Positions 34,962 through 49,127 of a DNA stretch of 64,000 bases are shown here, in pieces (the stretch's first letter is position 1; the number at the start of each line of letters is the position of its first letter). Location: assembly GCA_043228905.1 (NCBI GenBank), contig JBHGNT010000010.1, positions 9,176,001-9,240,000 on the forward strand, read 5' to 3'. A program made the position numbers and the translations under genes. The DNA is from Azolla caroliniana (lineage: Eukaryota > Plantae > Polypodiophyta). The notes beneath the pieces are model-generated. The model was not told the origin of the DNA. It made no database searches and saw nothing but the letters and a program-made list of their open reading frames with translations.

Positions 34962-37900
34962 TGTTGGCGTAAAAGGCCAACTCCTTCCAAGTTGTATTCG
35001 TCCGAGTGTGAACTCGTCAATAAGTTAGGGCTTAGTATATAAGCGAATACCTAACATTGTATAGATGACGAGTGATGAGTGACAAAGAAACGAAGTGTCT
35101 ATGCATTGTATCTCAGAGAGAGAGTGAGAGTGAAGCAATAGAGCTCTCCATTAGAGCTTGCACTGTGTAAGTCCACGCCTACTCTATTTTCTGTCTACAT
35201 TGTTTGTTGTTCAGAACCGACAACAGATCCATACACATTTCCGCAAAGCGCACTCATTACCCCACAACTGGTATTAGAGCGAATCTTTGATGTTTGGCGG
35301 CAACAAACAACAGAAGAAGCTGAAAGAAAAGACCAGGTCAGAAATCCCAAGTTCACAAAAAGAATATGGCTTCAACATCCGGAACAAGAGTTGAAATCAA
35401 GAAATTCGACAACAAAAACTTTGCCTTGTGGAAGGAGATGATGCAGGATGTGTTGATCATTTGAAGACAGGTCTAAGCCACTCGGCACAGAGAAAAACCT
35501 ACTTCAATGACAACCAAGGAGTGGAGATCAACGGACGAAATTGCACACTCCACCATCCGAATGCATCTGGCTGAAAATGTCTATTTCAGCATGGCAAAAG
35601 AGACGACAATGTTCTGACTGTGGGAGAAGCTACATGTCGTTTATGAAAAAGAAGTCTTCATCTTCAAAACTGATTTTGATCAAACAACTGTTCAACATGA
35701 AGATGAGAGAGACCGATCCGGCAACCTCCCACATAAACACCTTCAGCCGGGTGTTATCTGAGCTCTCGTCACAAGGGATCAACTTCGAAGAAGAAGTGAA
35801 AGCCCTTGCCTTCCTATCGAGCTTGCTGATGAGTTGGGACGTATTCTGCACGACATACGCCAATAGTCGATCGATCCTAAACTTCGACGAAACAATCGGC
35901 CAAGTCCTCACAAAGGACATCAGGCGAACATCGATGGGACTAACCATTGATGAGTCAGCAGAAGCCCATCACTCGATCGAGTCGTTCGATTGACAGAGTC
36001 AAACGAAAGAACAAGCCGACAGAACCGGTCAACGCTACAACCGATCAAAAACAAGGGGAGACCGACAGCGGTCGAAGTCGAAAACGGGCCGATCAAGTGA
36101 GTACTGCACACACTGCAGGAAAGCTAGTCACAATGTTTCCGACTACTGGTCATTAAAAAGAAAAGAGAGCGGTCAGCGATCCAAGCGGAATCGGGGACGT
36201 TCCGACTCAGACCACTCTCTAGTCGGCAACCAAATCAACATTGCCGACACTTGATCCGGAGAAATCCTCTCCTTAGAGGACTCAATGATCGGAGAAGTCC
36301 TCTATAGTGCACTAGTTGCACACACGTGGCTACTAGACTCTAGCGTCACATTTCACGTGACCCCCAACATTGAATGGTTCTCGAACTATTTAGCCGACAC
36401 CAATGGCACAATCCAACTGGGAAACGGGTAGGAGTGCAAGATAGCCGGAACCAGGGAGGTTCCCATCAGATTGCCAAATGGCAAGCCAATAAACCTGCAC
36501 CGAGTTCAGCACATACCCAATCTAAAGAGGAGTCTGGTCTCCATTGGCATGTTAGCCAAAGACAGGTATCGAACGACTCTACAAGAGTCGACATGGGTGA
36601 TCAGCTGAGGAAACCTCAAAATCGGTAGTGGGCACAAGTATAATAATCTATACCCATTGATGGCGATCAACCCTGAAGGGGCCGTGAACATAGCCGAGAA
36701 AACTGACCTGAACTTATGACATGGCCGACTTGGCTACATGTCTCAAGCCGGACTTGATCGACTGATGTCGGTTGGATACATCCCGAAAATCCAAGCAAAG
36801 ATGGACTTCTGCAAGCATTGTCGATATGGGAAACAGACCCGAAGTCCGCACTCTGTCCACTATGAGACAGTACGACAACCCCTAGAGCTCGTGCACACAA
36901 ATATATGTGGGCCCATGCCAAAGCGATCACTAGGAGGCTCCCGGTACTTCATCACATTCGTAGATGACTGTACATAGAAATTTTGGGTTGGGCATACTCC
37001 ATCAAGTCCAAAGATGAAGCACTCGAGGTCTTCACTCGATGGATATCTAAAGTGGAGAACCGGTCAGGATATAGAGTGAAGACACTCCAATCCAATAACG
37101 GAGGTGAGTACACCTCTAGAGCCTTCAAACAGTACCTGTTCGGAAAAGGGATACGACACCAAAAGATCGTTCCCTACACACCCATGCAAAATGGAGGGGC
37201 AGAACAGATCAACAGGACGATCCAGGAGAGGGTGACATCAATGCTCCAACAAGCCGGACTAAAGCTAGAATTCTGGGCCGAGGCATTGCAGTCGGTAGTG
37301 TGCCTGATCAATCTGGCGCCGCCAAAAGCAATCAGGCTCGAAGTGCCACATACACTATGGTCAGGCGAACAGCCGACCTATGATAGGCTCCGTATATTCA
37401 GATGCGAAGCCTTTATCCCTAGGGACAAAAGGATGAAGTTGGCACCCCATGCAACGAAGTGCATATTTCTTGGTTATGGAACCGATGGGGACTTCGGCTA
37501 CGGGCTACGGGTATCCTTCGAAGATGACAACATTGTCGTAAAAGGACCAACCCACTGGGCCGAATCGGAGACTCGACAAACAGTCGAACTCCAACAAGCC
37601 ACCAACTTCCCTGCCGACACCGAAATGGCAACAATTCCTATCGTCGAACTCCAAGACAAAGTCATCAAAGACACAGTCGAATCGACCAAGATCGATAAAC
37701 TTGGCAAAGTCACCAAGAGACAAGTCAGAAAAGAGTCGACGACAACCACAGGGGATGACAACCAAACACTGTCAAAATTCCAATCTGGGGGCGGGACACC
37801 TAACAAGAATCCTGATACAGATGGTTGAACTAATACCGATCGACCAAGAGAGCTTATCGAAGGATCCGAACCAAACATCTCAGCACGGGGGAGATCTAGA

Positions 37901-40504
37901 CGAGCTCGAAGGCAAACAAAGTTCTACCAACCGGGCCTCAACTACGTCAACTACACGGATGTAGGCGAACCAAGCACATATGAAGAAGTTATGGCCGCAC
38001 CGGATGCCAAAACATGGCTACAAGCCATGCAATCCGAAATGGACTCGATTCATCAGAATCAGACATGGGAGCTGGTCGAACTACCAACTAGAAGGAAGCC
38101 GCTACCTTGCAAATTGGTTTTCCGATACAAGTATGTATCCGACTCAGAGAAACCCAAGTACAAAGCTCGGCTTGTTGCAAAAGGATTCAAATAGGAATAC
38201 GGGGTCGACTACGACGAGATATTCTCACCAGTAGTTAAGATGACCACGCTCCGACTTGTAAAAAGAATGCGGAAGCAAGTAGAAACCCGAACACCGAGAA
38301 TATGCAAGTTTAATGGAGAGCTTGTATATGCACAGTACGCGGGAGAGACAGAGAGAATAAACAGAGAACGAAATTCAAAAATAATACTCAATCTGTACAT
38401 AGGATGTGCTCAGTGAGCACTTTTATACAAGTCCATAAAGACTGACAGAAGTACTAACACGTACTTCAATGCTCATAAGCGAGCTCTACACTAACTCCCA
38501 AAATGTATTCCTACGCGGAATATCTTCCCAACGGCCTCGCGGTTTACGCACCGCTACAGCTTCTCGTTGCGTACCGGTCTGCGCACCGGTTTACACATCC
38601 GGTTTTCCCACCGGTCCGGCCTAACCGATCGATCCCAACCGATCCGGTTCTCGGCTTGCACAGTCGATCCGGCCAATGTTGAGCTTGTATCTCAACATGA
38701 CTCCTACTAGGAGTCGTGGTGACAGAAGATCTAGAGCTCAAGCAGATGGGCGAAAAGACGGCATTCCTACATGGAGATCTGGAAGAAGACATATACATGT
38801 TTCAACCGGCAGGCTTCACGGCAACGGGGGAGGACAATCACCTCGTATGTGGACTAAAGAAAAGTCTATATGGCCTAAAACAAGCGCCAAGAATGTGGTA
38901 CCAGAAGTTTGACTCCTACATATGGCAGCTTGGATACAACAGATCAGACTCTGACCCATGCATGTATGTTCGGCAACTGGCCGACAAGTCAAGATCTATC
39001 TGATCCTATACGTCGACGACATGTTGATTGCAAAAAGCAATCAAGCAGAGATCGGTAAGCTGAAGCGGAGCCTTCACGCAAAGTTCGCGATGAAGGAACT
39101 AGGACAAGCCTGACACATACTGGGCATGAGGATAGAGCGAAATCGGACAACCAAAACTCTCAGACTCTCCCAGTTTGAATACATCCACAAGGTGCTGAAG
39201 TGCTTCAACATGGAGAATGAAAAGCCAGCACCAACACCACTTCCGACATCGATTGGACTATCGGACAGAAACTCTCCTTCGACAGACAAGGAGAGAGAAC
39301 TTAATAGAAAAATACCCTACACATCGGCAGTAGGAAGTATCACGTACGCAATGGTGGCGACCTGACCCGACCTAGCCTATGTCGTAGGGGTGGTCAGCCG
39401 GTACATGTCAAACCCAGGAAAGAAGCATTGGGAGGCCGTCAAGCACATCCTTAGGTATCTAAAAGGAACCCTAGATGCACAACTGACTTTCGGACTAACA
39501 ACCTCAGCCGAAGTCGAAGGCTACACCGATTTCGACTATGCCGGAAATGCAGATAATCGGAAATCAACATCAGGCTACATCTTCACCTATGGTGGCGGGG
39601 CGATATCATGGAGGTCGAAACTTCAAGAGTGCACGGCTCTGTCTACCACAGAAGTCGAGTACATAGCAGCATCGGAAGCAGCGAAGGAAGCGATCTGGCT
39701 GCACCGACTGACTACCGACTTCGGAACTGCAAGTTGAAACGACTGATCAGCGCCGACCATCTATTGCGACTCACAGAGCGCAATACACCTCATCAACAAT
39801 CCCATCTATCATGCAAAGACAAAGCACATTGAGGTTCGGTATCATCATATCCGGGAGCTCGTAAATGAAAAGAAACTCGAAGTCCGGAAGATCGACACCG
39901 AGGTGAACATCGTCGATTGCCTGACGAAACCACTCCCAGATCTACGCTTCGGAGCACTAAGGACGAAAATGGGGCTACGACAAGCGACCGAGCAGAAGAA
40001 AGCCGAACGAGGAGCAGAAGGTAAGATCTGATCAAAACGATACCAACACATCCTATACATCTGCCAACTCGGTTGCATGCCAACCGACTTGTAACATATA
40101 AACTTAGATCAATTTTGTAATCTAGGCTTACGGGGAAGATAACCCCAACCCCAAATACTTGTACATGCAAGAAAGAGTAGTCCTTTTACGGGTGAGTTTG
40201 TTGGCATAAAAGGCCGACTCCTTCCAAGTTGTATCCGTCCGAGTGTGAACTCGTCAATAAGTTAGGGCTTAGTATATAAGCAAATACCTAACATTGTATA
40301 GAGTGACGAGTGACGCGTGACAAAGAAACGATTCGTTTGTGCATTGTATCTCAGAGGGAGAGTGAGAGCGAAGGAATAGAGCTTTCCATTAGAGCTTGCA
40401 CTGTGTAAGTCCACGCCTACTCTATTTTTTGTTTGCGTTGTTTGCTATTCAGAATCGACAACAGATCCATACAAATTTCCGCAAAGCGCACTAGTTACCC
40501 CACA
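34962..40504 (+). mobile_element. Full-length decayed Ty1/Copia element
   Basis: LTRs 34962-35266 and 40199-40504 (TG..CA), TSD TCCAA on both sides, PBS TGGTATTAGAGC at 35269. gag-PR-INT-RT-RH order with many stops. Confidence 0.95.
38257..38697 (-). mobile_element. Solo LTR (441 bp) in the RT of the 34962 Copia
   Basis: TGTAAA..TCAACA, TSD CGACT/TGACT. Host frame MTTLRL|LLGVV is restored on removal. Resembles the LTRs at 43190 and 48734. Confidence 0.88.
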
Positions 40505-43189
40505 TCCAATAATAAAAAAGCCAATCGATTTTTGTCGAAGATGCAGGCTTCACTCATTTGTAGGATTTCTTATCTTACCAAACGATGTTAACTCAATACG
40601 ATAAAGTTATGCTTTAAAGAATGTAATTGTTCATTAACGCGTGTTAAATTATCTAAAATTTGTTGGAATCATTCTCACTAATATGGTATGAATTAGGCTA
40701 GGATTCAATATACTACATACACTGATACAACTTGTCATAATTACATAATTACACAAATTGAATAATTGTAATTCATCATAAATACAATAGATACTAATAG
40801 TCTATGTAACATCAAGGTGATGATAAATCAACAATTTGGCGAAATTTTCACCACTGAAAATTTCTCATAGAAATGAAGAAATACCTCAAAAGAATTTATG
40901 CTCACTGAGAGTTAATCTTGTATAATACCATAATGTACTCAAGAAGCAAGATGGGTCCATATACCTAAGTAAAAACCTAGGTTGCTTGAAGCTTCGAAGT
41001 TCGGATTTCGTGTAGGCTGCTTCCATATCCTGCGTAAAAACCTAGTATTTACAAAATGTAGACACTCGTTACAAATACCCCCAATTATTTTCTTTTTCTC
41101 TACTAAAAAGCACCCTAGAAAATTTATTTTTAAATTATTTACTAATTTAGGCTTAGAAAAAATGACAGTTCCAAAAGGTAGAATACGTGTGGGTATTCTA
41201 AAACGTACTCTATCTATAAAATACACATTTTTTAGCAACAATGTCACATACCCCGAAGTGGATCGACTTGAGTCTGCATCCCCCGACATGTCCGAGTCAG
41301 TAAATCCTTCGAGCTTAGGTTTTCCGACACCATACATAAGGCGCACACCCGAGGTGCCTTTTAAGTACCTGAGTATCCATTTACCACTGCCTAGTGTTCT
41401 CTTCTTGGATTACTCATGTATCAGTTTACTCCCACAACAAATGCCTAGATTACTCCCACAACAAATGTTATGCCTGGTCTCGTATAGCGATGGCTGAGGC
41501 ATACGGTACTTTCTTCATCTCAACCTTTTCTTTCTCCCCTCTCGGGCATTGCTTGGCATTCAGCTTGCAGTTGATCGGCAACACAAAGCCAACTAGCTTT
41601 ACCTCCGACATGTTGAATCTTTCTAGGATCTTCGCCACGTATTTCTCTTGTGACAACCGCATCACTTTCTTAGTTCTATCTCGAACTATGTGCATCCCTA
41701 AGATCTACTTTGCTGGTCCAAGATCTTTCATGGAAAACGACTTGCCTAATGCTTTCTTCAAGTTCACGATCTTCTTCGTGTCTTGTCCGACTATCAACAT
41801 GTCATCCACATATAATAAGAGAATCACGAAGTCACCTTCTTCGTACCTTTTGACAAACACACAGTGGTTAGCCTATGTCTTCTAGAACTAATGTTCCATC
41901 ATGAAGGATTCAAACTTCTTTTACCATTGGCGTGGAGCTTGTTTCAATCCATATAAGCTTTTCTTTAGTCGACACACTAGATTCTCTTTCCCTTTCTCCT
42001 CAAAGCCTTTGGGCTACTGCATGTAGATCTCTTCATCCAATTGTTTGATCTCTGAATTCATTCTCACAGCAATGCTCAAAACAGTTCGGATGGATGTCAT
42101 CTTCACGACTGGTGCAAATATTTCATCGAAGTCAACACCCTTTTTCTATTGGAACCCCTTCACCACAATGCAAGCTTTGTACCTGGGTGTGTTGTCGACT
42201 CCACCAATCTTCACCTTGTAGGCCCATTTATTTCTGAGTGCTCTCTTACCTTTCGGTAGCTCTACCAAGTCATAGGTGTAGTTCTCATGCAAGGATTCCA
42301 TCTCATCTTGCATTGCACTTAGCCATTTCTCCTTGTGCTCATTGGCCATGGCTTCTTCATAGCACTCATGTTCACCTTCATCAGTCAAGAGGATGTATTG
42401 ATTGGCATATGTCGTTAATGCTCTCCTTTCTCTAAGTGGGTATCTCCTTCCACTTGTTGTCAGCTCCAGTTCGGATGTCTCTGTTGACTCTTCTCTCGGC
42501 TCAGGTTCATATGTGTCGATTGGTCGTTGAGGGTTTGTCGACTCCAACTCGTATTCATCGATTGACTTCAATAAGTCCACTGACTCCGACTCATCTATGT
42601 TCCTCGGTTGTTCCGAGTCCACCGACTCGGATTCGGCTGTGCTGACTGTGTTGGTTCATTTGGCCTTAAGTCGATATTAGTGGGAGATGACTGAGAAGTT
42701 GATTCCGACTTCTATTGCTTCTTGTCCTCTATATTCTTGTCTTCCAAGAAGACTACATCCCGACTCCTCACTACCTTCTTGTTGACTAAGTCCCACAGCC
42801 TGTAGACGAACTCGTCCTCCAAGTATCCCATGAATATGCATGATTTCGACTTACTGTCGAGCTTCGACCTCTGATCCTTACCCAAATGTATATACACTAA
42901 CCATCCAAACACCCTCAGGTGTCGATAGGAGACATCCTTTCCTATCCACACCCTTTGTGGGACATCACCTTTCAATGGTATTGAGGGGGACCTATTGATA
43001 AGGTAAACAATTGTGTACATTGCCTCGGCCAATCCGATTTCGGTAGTTTAGCATGAGAGAGCATGCTCCTTACTCTCTCCATGATTGTTCAATTCATCCT
43101 CTCTACAAGCCCGTTCAACTCAGGGGTCTTTGGCACCGTGTATTCTATTCAAATACCTTGGGCCTTGCAGTATTCCTCGAACTACCCTT

Positions 43190-46100
43190 TGTAAAGAATA
43201 GTGTGCAGAAGCTTGTAGACAAACTGGCTTAACCAGATAACAATAGTAAAATAGAGAATGAAGGTTTAATGGAAAGCTTGAGTACACGGGAGAGACAGAG
43301 AGAGGGCAGAACATAACCCAATTCAAAAATAATAATACTCTATCTACAAATGTCCTACAAAACACTTTTTATACAAGTCCTTACACGGACTGACAAAAGT
43401 ACTGACAAGTACTTCAATGCTCATACGAGCGACTGACACTAACTCCAAGGAATATGCCTACGTACTAGGCTAAGGTTGTAGGCCTCTAACGACCTACCAG
43501 TTATAATCCGATTCGGCTCTTGGTTCCGTATACCGATCCGGTTCCAGCTTATTCAGCCGATCCGGATCTGGTTGAGCTTGTCCACTCAACACTCCCCCTC
43601 AAGCTCAACTTGAGGTCAGATTGCTGAGTTAGTGTCTACTGAACCTCACTGTCGGCTTCCCCTAGCGTCTTCTCGCCTCATTCATGCTCCTCTACCTGTC
43701 CGGTTCCACTTTCCACGACCCGTGCAGTCTCACACACCTCGACCTTCTCGATTGGCTTGTTTGCTCATAAGGCCCATCTCAGCTCCTTTGTTGTTGTGAC
43801 TCCGGCACTTCTCGACCTGTTGGTTCCTCTGTGTCAGTGTCGATTCCCACTGCCTCCTCATCTGTTTGGCCTTCAGTTGATCCGGCTCCTCCGGATCAAA
43901 CACCTCTTCCAAATCGGGTGCTTCCAATTCATTCCAGCTCTTGTCTGAATTGGTTGTCTCCAATTCGTCTTCAACCTTCATGCCCTTCACCACGTCCTGC
44001 CGCTCCGTCTGGACATACCAGAGTTCGACTTCACCGCTTAGGACCCGCTCACGGACAAAGTGATAGTGCACTTCTATGTGCTTTGTCCGAGCATGGAACA
44101 CATGGTTCTTAGCGAGCTGCATGCTGCTCATGTTGTCACAGTAGGTCAAGATCGAAGTCGGTACTTCGATCCGGAGGTCTTGCAGCAACTGTTGAAGCCA
44201 GACGGCCTCATAGGTGCCAACGGTAGCACCCCATTATTCCGCCTCAGTGCTCGAAAGAGCCACTGTTGGGTGCTTCTTGCTGCTCCACACAACAGTCGCG
44301 CTACCAAGAGAAAACATATAACCGGAAGTGGACCAACGATCCGACGCATCATCGACCTAGTCGGCATCTGTATATCCGACTAGCTTTTCGGTTATACTGT
44401 GTCGGTATAACAGTCCCCGATCCTTAATGTCATTAACATACGTCAGTATTCCGTACACACACTAAAGGTGCTCCATGGTTGGCTTTTGCAATGAATTTAC
44501 TGATCATCCCGACCAAATAGCTGATGTCAGGTCGGGTGATTGTTAAATATATAAGGCTTCCGACAATTTGTCAAAACTTATACAATTTGTCTCTCATTGT
44601 AGGCCGGTCCGAAACTTGAGATTCTAGTCCAGGGGTGTGGAGACTGGTTGGCAATTTGTCATGCCGAACTTATACAACATATTCAACACTAATGTTGTTG
44701 AGATAACAATATGCCATCGGGGGTATGGATCACTTCGATCCCGAGGAAGTAATGAAGGTCCCCCAGGTCCTTCATTTCGAATGTGTCCAACAGCTAGGAC
44801 TTCACTTGGCCGATTTCAACGAGTCTGGGTCCGGTGATGACTAGATCGTCCACATAGAGTAGGATACATACTGGACTGTCCGGACCTTTCCGGATGAACA
44901 ACGAAGAGTTCAACTTTGAGACCACAAACCCCATCCTACGCAACTGGCGCGTGATCTTCGAATTCCAAGCAGGGGGGCTTGCTTCAAGCTGTAAAGTGAC
45001 TTCTTCAATCGGCAGACTGCCGACTTGTTCATCTGCGACTGAAAACCGGGGGGTTGGATCATGTAGACCTGTTCTTCAAGATTGCCTTGAAGAAATGCAT
45101 TCTTCACATCCATTTGGTGAAGATGTCACCCCTTGCCGCAACAACCACCAACACCACATGAACCGCAGTCATCTTCGTTACCGGAGCAAAGGTCTCATCG
45201 TAGTCGATTCCGTGGGTCTACGCGTATCCTTTGGCCACTAACCGAGACTTTTACCGGTTGACTAAACCATCGGCATTGTACTTCACCTTGAACACCCATT
45301 TGTAGTCCATCAGTTTACAGTGTCGGGGAGGGTCAACCAAGTTCCATGTGTCGTTGGCATCGAACCTACATCTCTTCCTCCATTGCGGCATGCCAATTCA
45401 CGTCTTTTGCCGCCTCGACATAACTCTCCGGCTCACGCACTTCCGCCACCTTTGTCATGTACGCATAATGATGTGCCATGTACTCATTATACCCATACCG
45501 TTTGAAGGGGTTCTTCTGGCAGGTTGATCGACGTAACTGCTTGTTAGCTGATTTCAAGGCCCTCTTAGCCAGTTCAGACTTCGTTCTCTCCGGAGTCGGT
45601 CTCGCTCTGATTCAACTCTTCTCTGCCAATGTCATACTCCGACATCTTCTTCTTCCCCTTCTCGTTGTGTGTGAACCATCTTTGTGGTTCCTTACGCAGA
45701 GAGAGCACGGCCGAGTCTTATCTGTTCGCCGACTCATCATCTTGTCGGTCCTTCTGACTCGGCTCTTCATTCGGGCCGCTCAACCGAAATGAGATCAGAC
45801 TCTCATCTAGAGTAACAAATCCTTCTTCTTCTTCTGCCTAGATCGTTTCGGGCTCACTGGCCTCTTCCGGAATCGGGTCGGGGTCGGGGTCGGGGGTCAG
45901 AATCGGTAGAGTGTACCATGATTCTGACTCGTCAAACTCGACATCTCGGGTTACTCGGGCTATCGTTTTCCAGGGGTTGTAGCACTTGTACCCCTTCTGC
46001 TCATGAGTGTCGTTGACCAATATGCACTTCTCCGACTTTGGGTCCAGCTTCCTCCACTTCTCATCCGGTACATGCACCTAGGCACTACCGAATATCTTAA

Positions 46101-49100
46101 GGTGCCTTAAATTCGGCTTGCGCCCGAAATATAGCTCATGTGCTAACACCTTATCCCCAATTTGGTTTTGGATGTAAATGGTTGTCCGGACTGCTTCGAC
46201 CTAGTAGAACTTGAGCATGCTCTTCTCTTTCAGCATTGCCCGTGCTGCCTCGACGATCGACCGGTTCTTTCTTTTGGCCACACTGTTTTGTTCCGGTGTG
46301 TATCGGCATCTGAATTCCCTCTGAATTCCTTTCTACTACAAATAATTGTTGAACTGGCTGGAAAAGTATTCATTTATGCCATCCGATCGCAGGCACTTGA
46401 TCTTTCTCTTCGTTTCGTATTTGACAAGACTTTGTAGGTTCCGGAAACAGTCGAAGACTTCTCTTTTCTTCTCAATGAAATAGATCCACATGTGCCGGCT
46501 GTAGTCATCGATGAAGAAGATGAAATATCGGTTCCCACCAAGACTAACGTTTTGTGTCGGTCCCCAAACATCGGAATGTATCAAGTCAAGCTTGTTACGG
46601 CTCTGGTTTCTTTCAGTGGGGAACGGAAGCCGATGTTGCTTCCTGAGCTGGCAGGCTTCACAAATTTGGACCTTCTGGCCACTGAATTTTGGCAATCCGA
46701 AAACCACCTGTTTTGATTGTAGATCTTGAAGCCTCTGGTAGTTGACATGGCCGATCCATTTGTACCATAAGTCGATATCTGGCTCGACCTTTTGACCCTT
46801 TGCAAATAAAGCGGTGTCGATGTCATGGGTGTCGAGGATGAACACTCGTGTCGGCGTCCTTGCACGATGACTTGGCCCTCTTCCTCGATGAATGTTATAT
46901 GTTTTAGGGTTAGGGTAAAGGATGAGGATGAATGGTAATGGTATAATAGTGAAAATGATGGAGAGTATGATGGTGAGAGAGATCATGAAGATGTTGACAA
47001 ACATTGAGAAGCATTGTGGGGTGGGGGGTGGTGCCTAGAATGGTTCCACCCCCCTCCCAAGGGGGTTCAACGTAATGGGAGAGAAAGAGAGAAAGAGAGA
47101 TGACAAGAGAGAGAGAGATATTGAGACATTTTCTTTCATTCATTCCCCATAAGGGGTTAAATAGGTACAAAGGGGTAGATACACAAGGGTGCAAGCCCCC
47201 TTGGGCATTCACACCTAGTCACTACTCACACCTCTTTGTATCCACCACACTCACACTTACATTCACACTCATAATCATATAACATTACACATACATATCA
47301 ACACATTACATCTTTAACCCTCACTTATCACACTTATCAATCACTTGTACATCTTGTACAGTAACAATGAAGCACCCAAGATGTGTAAACCGCACCTGCA
47401 TCCCCTAGTCGACGATTTGTCCGACCGACACCAGGTTCTTCGTAATTTTCGGAACGTGAAGCACGTTCATAAGCTTCCCTTTTTGTCCGACATGACTCAA
47501 GGGAACTTCTCCAACATGCACTATCGGGTGAGGAGTGTCGTCTCCGCTTTCGACAACTCCCAGTTGCTCCAGTTTTTCTAGATATGAGAACCACTCTTCG
47601 TGGCTCGTCATGTGGTTAGATGCTTCAGAGTCAATGTACCACACTTCCTCCGATCCGAAAGTGGTCTTCTTCATCGCGTTCACCTTGTGCTTCATCATGA
47701 AGGCTGGACCTTTTCCGGTCTTCCCAATTCCGGATCCTTCTGATCCTTCAGCGTAGTGCGAGCTTTGCCGGTTCTCTTTTCTGGTCTTGCCGGATCCGGA
47801 TTTATCCGAATCGATGCGCTTCTTCTAGCACTCGCTCTCTCGATGGCCTTTCTCACCACAATACTAGCATTCCATGTCAACCTTCCCTTGCCTGTTTTCG
47901 GCGCCGACTTGACTCCCCCTGCTTGTGGAGGGCCCGGAACTGTTGTCGACACTATCTCTGTGCCTTCTATTCTGCTCCTACCGACCTTCGCTATTGCGTG
48001 CCGATCCACCTCGTCCTCCATGCCCATGGGACCGATCTGCCTCCGTGTACAACATCCGGTTGTCCGATTGAGTAGTCCTCGACCCACTCGCATGGTTTTC
48101 TTTGACCACTGAGCAAACCCTTCTCCCATGTGCAAATCGCCATCTGGATTGGCTTGACCATTCTGCTAGACCCCCAAGGTAGATCTGGACCATCTCGTCT
48201 TCATCCACCGTCACGTTGATGGAACTGGGCGCGTCACTGATCTCCTTTATTTTGGTGGTGTAGTCCGTAACTGACATGTCTCTTTGCTAGATGTTGTTGA
48301 GCTCTTGTCGAAGCTGCAACTTTCGGGCCGTCGTGCTTGCCGCGAAAATCTTTTTCAGATTTTCCCAAGCTTCTTTCGGCATTTTTGTATCTCTGATGTA
48401 GCCAAGCATCTGGTCGTGTACACAGGACGTGAGGCAGTACAACACTCTGCTCGCTCCTTGCTCCCATGCTAGGAAGTCCTTCTGTATCGAATCCGGCGCT
48501 ACTACGTTTGCTCCTTTCACGTAACTCCTGTATCCGTGCCCCAGTAGGTACTAGTGCATTTTATACGACCAAGACGCATAGTTGCTCTGGTCGAGCTTTT
48601 CTGTAGGAAGCGAGCTCGCCGTGCTTTTGTCCATATCTTTCTTCTCTCTTCTATTCTTTACCGGTGATTATGGTTTGTCCGATTCGAGCAGTTATTAGTA
48701 GCAGAGGTTCTCAACCTTCACACTCTGATACCATGTAAAGAATAGTGTGCAGAAGCTTGTAGACAAACCAGCTTAGCCGGATAACAACAATAAAACAGAG
48801 AATGAAGGTTTAACGGAAAACTTGAGTACAGGGGAGAGACAGAAAGAGAGAGCAGAATAGAACTCAATTAAAAAATAATAATACTCTATCTACAAATGTC
48901 CTACAGAACACTTTTTATATGTCAAGTCCTTAAAAGGACTGACAAGTACTTCAATGCTCATGCGAGCGACTGACACTAACTCCAAGGAATATGCCTACAT
49001 ACTAGGCTAAGGTTGTAGGCCTCTAACGGCCTACTGGTTATAACCGATCCGGCTCTTGGTTCTGGATACCGATCCGATTCCATCTTATTCAGCCAATCCG

Positions 49101-49127
49101 GATCCGGTTGAGCTTGTCCACTCAACA
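43190..49127 (-). mobile_element. Full-length decayed Copia nested in the integrase of another Copia
   Basis: LTRs 43190-43591 and 48734-49127, TSD CCCTT on both sides, PBS at 48723-48733, PPT at 43592-43603, gag ATG at 48634. Confidence 0.95.
46893..47366. mobile_element. Solo LTR (474 bp) inside the nested Copia
   Basis: TGTTA..TAACA ends with TSD ATGAA at 46888-46892 and 47367-47371. Confidence 0.85.

Noticed and set aside
40510-41240. AT-rich segment as the missing 3' LTR of the 41241-51478 Copia
   Set aside because: No similarity to the 5' LTR at 50824-51478 and no PPT.
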